DNA from: an uncultured virus (IMG/VR IMGVR_UViG_3300027672_001707)
Taxonomy: Duplodnaviria > Heunggongvirae > Uroviricota > Caudoviricetes
DNA length: 49,703 bases
IMG/VR virus record: IMGVR_UViG_3300027672_001707
Strand: one strand, 5' to 3'
Positions 34,469 to 43,220 of the stretch are shown here, piece by piece. Position numbers and translations under genes: made by a program. The first letter of the stretch is position 1, and each line of letters starts with the position of its first letter. The notes under the pieces are model-generated. The model was not told the DNA's origin, did no database searches, and saw only the letters and a program-made list of their open reading frames with translations.

Positions 34469-35205
34469 TGGACGAAAGTAAACTAGTATTTTTTACAGGT
34501 GCACCTGGTAGTAAATGGAGTGCAGTTGCACACATAATGGCACAAAGTAAAAAGTATCTATTCGATACCGGAGACTATGCTGAAGATAGACAGTACGCAC
34601 ACTACAACGATCCCGATATTATCCCACATCGTGGTAGTTATTTTGGTCCAGGTTTTCCATTCGGTGATAGTTTCGATGCATTGGATCGCTTATCTAAGAA
34701 AGAGATATTCGAAGAGATTGAAAGAGCATGGATCACTACCAACGACGGATACAAAATTATCAAGTGTCATCAATTTAGTATCGACTTACCTAAAATCTAT
34801 AAGATGTTCCCAAACAGTAAGTTTGTTATTGTTTATAGATCAGATGAAAAGTGCGAGGAAGGTTGGTTTGGGGCAGGTGGGTTTGATATTCCGTATCCTA
34901 GATACAAAGAAGGATACACTAACAAAGAAACAATGATTAAAGCAATGGCCCATGAGAATAGACACAATCTAATGTTTATTCATGAAAACAAATTAACTAT
35001 GAATGTATGTAATGAAGGCTATTGGAAGAATGTCTTTAATGTCGACACAGACGATAGTATAATTAAAAAGTATATTAGAATGGTCGAAGGTGTTCCGTTA
35101 ACATTGGATTCTAAAAAGTTAGAACTTAAAAACGAAGATGGTTATTCTATGATGGTTAGTAATCAGAAACTAGATACGTTTATAGCAACCATGGGTTTCG
35201 AATAA
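34468..35205 (+). CDS. P-loop/sulfotransferase-like protein (paralog 2)
   Basis: FFTGAPGSKWS, HRGSYFGP, IIKCH, FPNSKFVIVYR and GGFDIPYP. Confidence 0.55.
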   Translation: MDESKLVFFTGAPGSKWSAVAHIMAQSKKYLFDTGDYAEDRQYAHYNDPDIIPHRGSYFGPGFPFGDSFDALDRLSKKEIFEEIERAWITTNDGYKIIKCHQFSIDLPKIYKMFPNSKFVIVYRSDEKCEEGWFGAGGFDIPYPRYKEGYTNKETMIKAMAHENRHNLMFIHENKLTMNVCNEGYWKNVFNVDTDDSIIKKYIRMVEGVPLTLDSKKLELKNEDGYSMMVSNQKLDTFIATMGFE

Positions 35206-35899
35206 ACTTAATAACTTTATCAAAGTTATCATCATTAAAAGTTAAATTAAACTTATCACAGACCTTTTGGAAGTTTTCTTCAACAAAAAACTTATCCGGG
35301 TCTGTTATTATGACATCCTCTTCTGTAACATTACGACTGTAGTTGTCTACTACACGTTCTAAATGTTCAAGCATATTCATATAATTTCCCTCATATAAAT
35401 CAAAGAATGTTTTATCTGGATTCTCTGGATCAACATAATACTTGGCACTTGTTTGACAGAACCTTGCAAGTAGTCTAGACATATCTTTAGGTATAACTAC
35501 AATGTGTTTAGCAGGACCAAAAAACTCTTTAGTTTTATCCAAAGGTCCATGTAATGCATACATTAAATTAGAGGGAGACACACGTTGTTTCCAGTCGTTT
35601 ATGGGCTCATATTTGCCCGTACGCTGTGTTTGTCTGTTCGCCATATCAAGTACAGGGGGAACAGTATATTCGTCTAAACCATGTCCTTTAGAGCCATTAA
35701 AGCGTCTATTCCAATGATATATAGTAAAATTGTTATCAGTACCATGGAGATGATTTTCCCTATAAGGCTTCCATGGTTCTGTGCCATTAGCACTATGATT
35801 ATACCATTCAACATTATCGCAACTAGCCAATAGTCTGCCAATTTGATGTCCTTTTGCTCCCATTGGAGCACTTATTACAATTAGGTTATTTTCTGCCAT
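35180..35899 (-). CDS. Hypothetical protein, possibly sulfotransferase-like
   Basis: IVISAPMGAKGHQIGRLL N-terminal loop. Confidence 0.5.
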   Translation of the reverse strand: MAENNLIVISAPMGAKGHQIGRLLASCDNVEWYNHSANGTEPWKPYRENHLHGTDNNFTIYHWNRRFNGSKGHGLDEYTVPPVLDMANRQTQRTGKYEPINDWKQRVSPSNLMYALHGPLDKTKEFFGPAKHIVVIPKDMSRLLARFCQTSAKYYVDPENPDKTFFDLYEGNYMNMLEHLERVVDNYSRNVTEEDVIITDPDKFFVEENFQKVCDKFNLTFNDDNFDKVIKFIRNPWLL

Positions 35900-36596
35900 T
35901 ATAAAATAATACGTTCTTATGTTGTTCGACTAAGTCACCTGTTTTAAACCAATCATCATACACACAGATATTGCCTTTAACAGATAACTCGTTCCATTCA
36001 CTTATTTGGTAATCACAGTAGAATCTATCACCTAGTACAGGCATTGATCCCTTTAGATCCACTTTGCTTTCATATTCTTCTATCTTGCCTAAACTTCCAA
36101 ATACTGTATTGATTGCACAAGGACCTACTTCTGTCATTCCCCAGTTACACATAAACGTTGCACCTCTGTTAACAAACGCCTTAATAAGATGCCATGGAAC
36201 AATGTCACTGCCACAAGTTATCCAAACATTGGATAAGTCCATGTCCTTAAAGCCCTTTGTTTTCATAATTGCTTCGCCATGTGCAGGTATGATGTGTGTA
36301 TGCGTGTACTTGTGTACTTCTTTAACCCAACGATATGGATTAAAGTCATCAAATACAACTTCGGCTCCTAAACGAATTGCTGGTAAACTTTGTGCAAGTA
36401 GTCCGCCGGCGTGTGTAGTCTTACACACTGTATAAACTTTAGACTTGCTTGTAAGTCGCTGACTGTCTATAGCGGCTTCGTCACCTGCTTTTAGTTTAGC
36501 AACTGTTTGTTCTATAGGTTTAGGTTTGCCTGTTGTTCCGCTAGAACATATAGTCGTACCCTCGTTGATAATATCTTGTAACTTGTTGATTTCCAT
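35886..36596 (-). CDS. Minimal ANL-family adenylation (AMP-binding) enzyme
   Basis: SSGTTGKPK, WGMTE and FKTGDL...GRK; lacks the usual N- and C-terminal subdomains. Confidence 0.8.
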   Translation of the reverse strand: MEINKLQDIINEGTTICSSGTTGKPKPIEQTVAKLKAGDEAAIDSQRLTSKSKVYTVCKTTHAGGLLAQSLPAIRLGAEVVFDDFNPYRWVKEVHKYTHTHIIPAHGEAIMKTKGFKDMDLSNVWITCGSDIVPWHLIKAFVNRGATFMCNWGMTEVGPCAINTVFGSLGKIEEYESKVDLKGSMPVLGDRFYCDYQISEWNELSVKGNICVYDDWFKTGDLVEQHKNVLFYNGRK

Positions 36597-36608
36597 TCGT
36601 CACTCTTT

Positions 36609-36818
36609 TTATGCTTTTTGTAGGTTTACTGCCGATGATCCTCGTTGACCTTCTTCAACCTCAAACGATAATGTATCGCCTTCATTTAGTCCGTCCATTC
36701 CTGAACTTCTTACTGCTGAAGAATGTACAAATACATCCTTTTCTTTGTCGTCTCTTTCAATAAATCCGTAGCCTTTAACGCCATCGAACCATTTTACTTT
36801 TCCTGTTATTGTTGTCAT
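36609..36818 (-). CDS. cspA: Cold-shock protein
   Basis: GKVKWF..KGYGFI, DVFVH and AVNL. Confidence 0.95.
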   Translation of the reverse strand: MTTITGKVKWFDGVKGYGFIERDDKEKDVFVHSSAVRSSGMDGLNEGDTLSFEVEEGQRGSSAVNLQKA

Positions 36819-37121
36819 TTATTCCTTTGTTTTTTGTTTGTTGTTTTCTTTGTTGATCTTTGTTCTTAAACTATCCCACGCTTTATGCGTAGGGACAAAG
36901 TCGTATAACTTCTCGTCATATTTTAATCTTAATTCTAATAACTTAAAGTCGAATAAGGGTGGACAGATTGCGTGTAGGATACTTGCTATACATAATACAA
37001 ACAAACTCCATGCTTCAATTAAACTTACTCTGGCGTGTTTAAAATATAACACTATCCCATTTGTACCTTTATTGCCACCATGTTTTTCTGCTTCTCTTAG
37101 ATGATTCCAATTAAACCACAT
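36819..37121 (-). CDS. Hypothetical protein (DUF6356-like)
   Basis: HL...YFKH...ILHAICPPLF. Confidence 0.6.
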   Translation of the reverse strand: MWFNWNHLREAEKHGGNKGTNGIVLYFKHARVSLIEAWSLFVLCIASILHAICPPLFDFKLLELRLKYDEKLYDFVPTHKAWDSLRTKINKENNKQKTKE

Positions 37122-37665
37122 TAGCTCGTACCTCCATGTACTTCTCTTTGTTTAGTTTCCACACACTTTGTCTTGTAAAGTATAACTCCATATCATTATG
37201 ATGTTCTACCATACCCAACACTTTTAAACGTTGGAACAATCTGTGTGTCTTATTCATTTTCCCACTAGCATCATTGTTCATGTTAGTAGTAATATAGATG
37301 TCTTTGTCTTCACCTATAAATTCTATTTGTTTAGGTAATATGTATCTCCAAGTTAAAGCATTCATATGATACTTGCTTAACCCTAGTCCATAGTTACCAG
37401 GAATCTGTACGCCTCTAAACATAACTCTCCAGGCGTTTTCGTTTACTTCAGGCAATGGGTGGCATCCTGCCAAACTTAATATGTCTCCATACCCTGCTTC
37501 TAATCCACCATGAGAAACACAATGCCATATACCGCCTTGTTGGCGTAGCCATTCGTATTTCATTGCTGAGAATGTATTGTTCATATACCCAAGTCCTTCA
37601 CACTTCTTACAGAAGTTACTTAGGCTTAAATCCATCTCTGGTGTTAATTCTTTAATTTGAAACAT
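37111..37665 (-). CDS. Hypothetical protein, possible GNAT fold
   Basis: ILSLAGCH...AWRVMFRG...YITTN; likely start ATG 37665. Confidence 0.55.
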   Translation of the reverse strand: MFQIKELTPEMDLSLSNFCKKCEGLGYMNNTFSAMKYEWLRQQGGIWHCVSHGGLEAGYGDILSLAGCHPLPEVNENAWRVMFRGVQIPGNYGLGLSKYHMNALTWRYILPKQIEFIGEDKDIYITTNMNNDASGKMNKTHRLFQRLKVLGMVEHHNDMELYFTRQSVWKLNKEKYMEVRANVV

Positions 37666-37760
37666 TAGTGAGTGTTGGGTGTTGCTTTGAATAGCGTATT
37701 GTCGCAAGTTTCTGTCTTGGTACTATCTCTATTTTCATCTCTACTATAGTGCGTGATCAT
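37665..37760 (-). CDS. 31-aa hydrophilic peptide (not in ORF track)
   Basis: MITHYSRDENRDSTKTETCDNTLFKATPNTH; starts 4 nt after the sufE stop and is TAATG-coupled to the next gene. Confidence 0.35.
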   Translation of the reverse strand: MITHYSRDENRDSTKTETCDNTLFKATPNTH

Positions 37761-37763
37761 AAT

Positions 37764-38165
37764 TTATAGTCTTTCTATCTTGCTTTGTATTACTCCGATT
37801 AGATTGTAGAGACCATTACGTCTCTGTGGTGTAACTAATTGTGTGAAGCCCAGAGGTTCTAGGTCTTCCATTTTCATACTGAGTGCTTCTTCTTTATTGC
37901 TACCTGTAAAGATATCACAAACTATTGTTGTTATTCCTTTAGGGATTAAAGCATCACTGTCGTAATAAATGTTTATACCATCTTCTTTCAGTCCTACTTC
38001 GACCCAGATCTTACTAATACATCCTGGGACTAATCTTTCATCAGTTCGCAATTCACTAGGGAGGGTTGTTGCTCGTCGAGCAAGGTCAACAAGATAAGAT
38101 AATCTTTCTTGTCCTTCTAACATGGATAAGTCGTCTGCCCAAGTCTTAATTTTTGATTGGATCAT
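37764..38165 (-). CDS. sufE: Cysteine desulfuration protein SufE
   Basis: VPGCISKIW, DSDALI.KG and TPQRRNGL. Confidence 0.92.
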   Translation of the reverse strand: MIQSKIKTWADDLSMLEGQERLSYLVDLARRATTLPSELRTDERLVPGCISKIWVEVGLKEDGINIYYDSDALIPKGITTIVCDIFTGSNKEEALSMKMEDLEPLGFTQLVTPQRRNGLYNLIGVIQSKIERL

Positions 38166-38514
38166 TTAACACCTGTGTCTCACCTTGTTCGAAAAAGTCT
38201 TCCTCACGCCAATCATCATAAAATTCTGCATTGGTATAATAAGGATTATTGAAAGCGGGATCATCTACACCGACTACACTTTTAACTTCTTGTATGTAAT
38301 GTTTAAGCATATTCTCAACACCCATTTTAAGTGTCATCATACTACTTGCACAGCCTGAACAACTTCCGCTCATTAGCATTGTTGCTTGTCCAGTTTCCAT
38401 ATCAAAGTCTTCGAGTGTAACAGTTCCACCATGTTGTGCTACATTAGGTTGTACATATTCTTCTACAACTTTTTTAATCTCAACTATTATTTCTTCTTTT
38501 GTTTTGTCTGTCAT
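38146..38514 (-). CDS. nfuA: NifU/NfuA C-terminal domain Fe-S carrier
   Basis: VQPNVAQHGG, MSGSCSGCASS and TLKMGVE. Confidence 0.9.
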   Translation of the reverse strand: MTDKTKEEIIVEIKKVVEEYVQPNVAQHGGTVTLEDFDMETGQATMLMSGSCSGCASSMMTLKMGVENMLKHYIQEVKSVVGVDDPAFNNPYYTNAEFYDDWREEDFFEQGETQVLNDPIKN

Positions 38515-38659
38515 GTTTTTTACTCTGTTGATTGATCGGGCGTTTACTTGATGGATTTGTTCCGTAAGTTTTAGTTAACTTACTAAACGATTCGTCGTCC
38601 ATTCCCGCGAATATTCCTTTCGGATCTCTTTGTTTTCGTTTGTCGTCGTTGTTACTCAT
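38480..38659 (-). CDS. 59-aa basic/hydrophilic peptide (not in ORF track)
   Basis: MSNNDDKRKQRDPKGIFAGMDDESFSKLTKTYG...; ATGA overlap with the upstream radical SAM stop. Confidence 0.45.
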   Translation of the reverse strand: MSNNDDKRKQRDPKGIFAGMDDESFSKLTKTYGTNPSSKRPINQQSKKHDRQNKRRNNS

Positions 38660-39762
38660 TCTTTCCTTTTTGGAATCTTACTGTCTGCACTAGATACACA
38701 CGAGTTTGAAATACAAGGCATCGGTTTATTAAATAACTTAAACCCTGTTTCGATATTTCCTAGTGGACTGTCACTGCAACTATAACTTCTCTTAATTGAG
38801 CCGTCTGGTTCTCTTATTATAATTCCTTGGAACCCTGCATTGCATTGCCAACCAGTAAATTTATTAAAATTAAACGCATTAAAGCGTTCTGCTTGATCCA
38901 TGTACCATTTCTTGCCTTTATTATCTTCAAACTCTACTTGAAAATGCTGAGGTACTGTTCCATTGTCCAATTTCATTTCTGGTAAAGGCTTCCAATTGGG
39001 CTTTGGTCTACTAACGTATTTATTTTTAATCTCAGTATATGCACGTTGTGGCATATCATTATACAGTTTTTGCTTCATTTCCTCTGTATAACCATCAACG
39101 ACTCTACTTGCAGTTGGATCACTCATAGGCTTTAAAGTTACGTTAATGTTCTGATTATGAAAGAACAATGCATTCTCATAATACTTGTCAAATACTTCTG
39201 GAACCATAACCATATTAATAGTTACTTGTACATCATGTTCTTGACATAGTATAAGTTTGTTTGCAAGGTCCTGCATTTTCTCAGGTGTGTCGACGTGTTC
39301 AACGTGTAGACTACAAGTAATACTAGCACGGTGAAACTTACTTGCGTAATCGACATACGTTTCAAACCACTTCATGTTACGACTACAATTACTAGTCATG
39401 TGTACACTTGTGTAGTTTGTATTGTGAGCATCGTCACTTAAATGTTTTAAAATATCTAAGTAACCAGGATGAAAAGTTGGCTCGCCTCCACTTAAACTAA
39501 AATGAAAACTATTAAAGCCATTGTCTCTTGCCTGTCTCTTAATTTCGTCAATAGTTGATAGACATAGTTCCGTAGGTCTATGGTCTTTTCTATCACTACG
39601 AGCATAGGGCCAACAATAAGAACATTTGTAGTTACAAAATCTTCCTAGTAGCCAACTAACTGTAAAAATATCTCTATGAAGTAAAGTACGTTGCCCAACA
39701 CTAACTAAATCGTCAAAGGGTATAGCACTAAAGTCATATTCACTTGTTTTTAAATCAGTCAT
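38656..39762 (-). CDS. Radical SAM protein with C-terminal SPASM/twitch-like domain
   Basis: CNYKCSYC, SGGEPT; C-terminal CNAG...DGSIKRSYSC...LGNI...CISNSC. Confidence 0.9.
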   Translation of the reverse strand: MTDLKTSEYDFSAIPFDDLVSVGQRTLLHRDIFTVSWLLGRFCNYKCSYCWPYARSDRKDHRPTELCLSTIDEIKRQARDNGFNSFHFSLSGGEPTFHPGYLDILKHLSDDAHNTNYTSVHMTSNCSRNMKWFETYVDYASKFHRASITCSLHVEHVDTPEKMQDLANKLILCQEHDVQVTINMVMVPEVFDKYYENALFFHNQNINVTLKPMSDPTASRVVDGYTEEMKQKLYNDMPQRAYTEIKNKYVSRPKPNWKPLPEMKLDNGTVPQHFQVEFEDNKGKKWYMDQAERFNAFNFNKFTGWQCNAGFQGIIIREPDGSIKRSYSCSDSPLGNIETGFKLFNKPMPCISNSCVSSADSKIPKRKE

Positions 39763-40105
39763 CTAATCTACTTTTTATTAAGTTTTTAATCATTACTCTG
39801 TCGTTTGCTGTAGAGAAGCCGCCTTCCTTACTTGTTTGTAAGAACGGTTTGCCACACATTTGTTTACAACTATCCATTGGAGCATCTGTAAAACTTTGTT
39901 CTATCATGTAACTTGCTTCACTACGATTAATTTCATCCATTGTGCCGTTTGAGATATGCAGTTGTTCTATTTTATCTCCAAGTAAATTTTTTAAGTCGAA
40001 CCACGGAGACTCGCCGCCGAAGTGACAACAAGGTCCAACATATCCATCTACTCTTAGGATAGGTGGCTGGTCATCTCTGTATTTACATTTAGGGTAAATA
40101 GGCAT
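39755..40105 (-). CDS. Stand-alone SPASM/twitch-like Fe-S domain
   Basis: PKC...VDGYVGPCCH...CKQMC; own AAGGAG RBS. Confidence 0.75.
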   Translation of the reverse strand: MPIYPKCKYRDDQPPILRVDGYVGPCCHFGGESPWFDLKNLLGDKIEQLHISNGTMDEINRSEASYMIEQSFTDAPMDSCKQMCGKPFLQTSKEGGFSTANDRVMIKNLIKSRLDD

Positions 40106-40808
40106 CTATCTCTCCTTTAATGTCGTTCCACTGTTTACTCTTTAATCTCATATGTTCTGGTGTTCTGCCATCTCCAACAAATATACGCAACGTGTTTGCC
40201 TTTAAGTCTTGTGCGAGTTTACAAACATCTAGTGTTTGGTGATAGTTGTGTTCGAATATAAGATGTCTTACATCTACTTCAGCATCACTATCTATTTCAT
40301 TTATACTCGTCTTTAAAGCCTTAAAGCCATCTATAACTGTATTCCACTTTGAGTTAATTCTATAAATCTTATTTGTATCTTCTAGTCCATCAATAGTAAA
40401 CTCAACTCTATCTCTACCTCGTAGTAGTTTACCTAGTTTACTCCACCAATCTTTAGAACGACCACTGCCGTTAGTATGTAAATTAATCCAAGGACGTTTA
40501 TCTAAAGTATTTAAGTAATGCACTTGTTCTAAAAACGATCCACTGTATATAGGATCTCCTAATGTAAGACTATATGTTATACGTTTAATATTATTCTCAG
40601 GACGAACTAACAGTTTAAAATTATCTAAACTCATATCCATAATAGGATACATAAGTTCACTCTCACCTGCATCATACTTTGCTTTAGTCTTTGTTCTAGA
40701 GCAACCAGGACATAAGCAGTTACATCTTGTGCTGGATTCTATTTGTATTCTAAACCCACCTTCCAAATATACTGAATTGTTAAGTCCTTCGTATCCTTCT
40801 TTAATCAT
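40089..40808 (-). CDS. Radical SAM core domain protein (no C-terminal SPASM)
   Basis: CNCLCPGC, LGDP, HTNG, FTIDGL and FEHN.HQ; likely start 40808. Confidence 0.88.
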   Translation of the reverse strand: MIKEGYEGLNNSVYLEGGFRIQIESSTRCNCLCPGCSRTKTKAKYDAGESELMYPIMDMSLDNFKLLVRPENNIKRITYSLTLGDPIYSGSFLEQVHYLNTLDKRPWINLHTNGSGRSKDWWSKLGKLLRGRDRVEFTIDGLEDTNKIYRINSKWNTVIDGFKALKTSINEIDSDAEVDVRHLIFEHNYHQTLDVCKLAQDLKANTLRIFVGDGRTPEHMRLKSKQWNDIKGEIDAYLP

Positions 40809-42129
40809 TGTCGAACAATCGTTTGTATCTAGGAGCAACATCGAGTATACTTTGGTTTCTTGATATGTCTAAATACTTTGTAAACTTCTTAAACTCAGGT
40901 AATGCATCAGAGTAATCTTCTGATTTACAATATTGTAACACACTATCTAGTATTTTGCAAGCCTTTTCTGTCTGTAAATCAGTAAACTCTCCTTCGAAAA
41001 TCTTCTTCCAACCTGTATAAAATAATTCTAATTCGTCTTTCATATCCTCAGGAAGTAACCTAATGTTAGCACGTCTGGGTCCATGTGCAACATGGTGAGT
41101 TATAACAGGTCTCTTTAATGTACTATTAATCTTCTTCCACCCACTAGCATTAACTTTCCATAACATAAACTCCGGCAAGTGCCATATATTGTTTACTGTT
41201 ACTGTATAAGCGATCCATGCCATTACGTTGCTGTTCTCTTGGCAGAACTTATCTAACTTATCTAAATTCTTCTTTGCTTGTTCCCATTTAATTGGATAAC
41301 GTTGATACTCTAGTACTTTGCCCATACCATCTATACTAGCACCAACTCTTACTTCTTTAAAATGTTTCCAATACTCTAATACTCTATCAGGCAATGCTGT
41401 CATGTTAGTATTGTATTCAATTAATATATTCTTAGCAACACCTTTCTTTACACACTTCTCTAGGAACTCGTAATGTCTTTCGATCATCATAGGTTCGCCG
41501 CCTGCCATATAAACGTGTCGAATATTATCTAAATTCTTTTCAATGTTATTCCAAAAACTAGTAGAGCCATGCCAACTATAATCATCAGTGTCTAGCCTAC
41601 CTTTTGCATTACGTTCAAGTTTAACATAACCATGTGTGTCTTGGAAGCCATCTTCTTTATGATAGTCTGTCCACTGTTCATACCAACTATGACTATCTGT
41701 TGGTCCACACATCCTACATTGTAGATTGCATAAGTTACCAAACCGTAAATCATAATAAACAACAGGAGAATTGCTAGTATCAATAGTTCCATCTTCTGAT
41801 GTCAACACTTGTGCTTGTCGTATATCAAATTCTTTCCATGTTTGCAATTCGTATTGACGTCTACTGTTAAGTCCTACGTCTTCTTCTTGCTTACAACGAG
41901 TACATTCGTCGCTCCACTTACCTTCAAGCATATTCTTTCGAACTGCTTTCATTAAGTCTGCATTACGAGCCTGCTTCATACTATGCTTACCTGCATTATA
42001 CGGAGTGCCGTCTTTATGTCTAACTACACCTTGATTCTTTGTTACGTTTGCTTGACAGCAAATACGAATGTCGCCATTATTTCTAATAGCCTGAAAGTTC
42101 CAAGGTATTGGACAAAATGTTTTACTCAT
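40801..42129 (-). CDS. Radical SAM protein with N-terminal twitch-like domain
   Basis: CPIPW...ICC...CTRC, then CNLQCRMC, AGGEP, YNTN and SIDG. Confidence 0.92.
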   Translation of the reverse strand: MSKTFCPIPWNFQAIRNNGDIRICCQANVTKNQGVVRHKDGTPYNAGKHSMKQARNADLMKAVRKNMLEGKWSDECTRCKQEEDVGLNSRRQYELQTWKEFDIRQAQVLTSEDGTIDTSNSPVVYYDLRFGNLCNLQCRMCGPTDSHSWYEQWTDYHKEDGFQDTHGYVKLERNAKGRLDTDDYSWHGSTSFWNNIEKNLDNIRHVYMAGGEPMMIERHYEFLEKCVKKGVAKNILIEYNTNMTALPDRVLEYWKHFKEVRVGASIDGMGKVLEYQRYPIKWEQAKKNLDKLDKFCQENSNVMAWIAYTVTVNNIWHLPEFMLWKVNASGWKKINSTLKRPVITHHVAHGPRRANIRLLPEDMKDELELFYTGWKKIFEGEFTDLQTEKACKILDSVLQYCKSEDYSDALPEFKKFTKYLDISRNQSILDVAPRYKRLFDND

Positions 42130-43220
42130 GCATTACTCCATAATTCCGCTGAACATTTTTCAACGCATCTTTTAATTCTTGGATTTGATTTATCATGTAT
42201 ACTGTTGTTAAAACTTTCGTCGAGGTCTTTCCAGTATGGATGATCAAAAACTTCTTGTATTGTATGTATATTTAAGTTATTCCAATCGATGCCATATTTG
42301 TCAATGTAATATTGATACTCTTTATGTTTAAAGTTCTTTGTTCTACCATATTTTCCACCAATATGACAACATTGATATATTCTACCATCGTAGTCTATTT
42401 GTATCATCTTACGTCTTTGCCATGGACAACGGACTGTACTTGTATCATAAAAGTTTTCAGTATCACTTACAATACTTTTTATATGAGTTTCTAAAACATT
42501 TCTTGTAGCCTTATCCATTGAATCTATTTCAATATGTTCTTTTTTCTTTGTTGCTTGTCCAGTTACCTTATAAGATTTATTATCTAAAGTTTCTTCAATT
42601 ACTCTTGTTTTATTCCTTGTTGCTTTCAAATAAAATCTTTGAAATCCTAATTCTTTTGCTAGTTGTCTTGCTTGTTCAACTTGATGTGTATTATGGTCGA
42701 ACTCTAAAAACTTCCATGTAGCAACACCTCCACCTGCCATAAATGCTGTTGCGTTATCTATAATTTTATTGTAATCTAAGTTACGTCTATATATTCCGTG
42801 TGTTTCAAAGTCTACTCCATCTATACCAAACTTAATATGCTCCGGTCTCCTATTAAGATGTGTGGATAATAACTTTCCTAACTTATACCACCAGTCTGTG
42901 TCATTATAAGATCCATTAGAATTAATCTCGATATTAGTTCCTGGAAACTCATTACAATAGTATTCCATAAACTCGTAACTCTGTGGGTGTATTAAACTAT
43001 CACCAAAGTTACCATCTAGTTCTAACTTCTTAAAGTTAGGTAATGTCTTTTTGTTAAGTATACTTTTAAATAATTCAAAGCTCATGTTTCCTGCTTTACC
43101 AAACTCTACATATGGATTAAGTTTTACTCCATCAATGTTTCTAGCACAATCTAAACACATGGCATTACAATTACTTGTAATTTCTAATTGTATTGATTCT
43201 AAATCTTGTAATTTAATCAT
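42126..43220 (-). CDS. Radical SAM protein with C-terminal SPASM-like domain
   Basis: CNAMCLDC, GNFGD, FGIDG and GRIYQCCH...CVEKC. Confidence 0.92.
   Translation of the reverse strand: MIKLQDLESIQLEITSNCNAMCLDCARNIDGVKLNPYVEFGKAGNMSFELFKSILNKKTLPNFKKLELDGNFGDSLIHPQSYEFMEYYCNEFPGTNIEINSNGSYNDTDWWYKLGKLLSTHLNRRPEHIKFGIDGVDFETHGIYRRNLDYNKIIDNATAFMAGGGVATWKFLEFDHNTHQVEQARQLAKELGFQRFYLKATRNKTRVIEETLDNKSYKVTGQATKKKEHIEIDSMDKATRNVLETHIKSIVSDTENFYDTSTVRCPWQRRKMIQIDYDGRIYQCCHIGGKYGRTKNFKHKEYQYYIDKYGIDWNNLNIHTIQEVFDHPYWKDLDESFNNSIHDKSNPRIKRCVEKCSAELWSNA

Noticed and set aside
211..35000. Numerous minus-strand ORFs overlapping plus-strand genes (for example 478..855, 8932..9366, 10949..11452, 13569..14057, 19479..20012), and plus-strand ORFs inside the minus operon
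   Set aside because: They are antisense shadows of well-supported genes with no motifs or RBS; only 29607..30131 occupies its own space.
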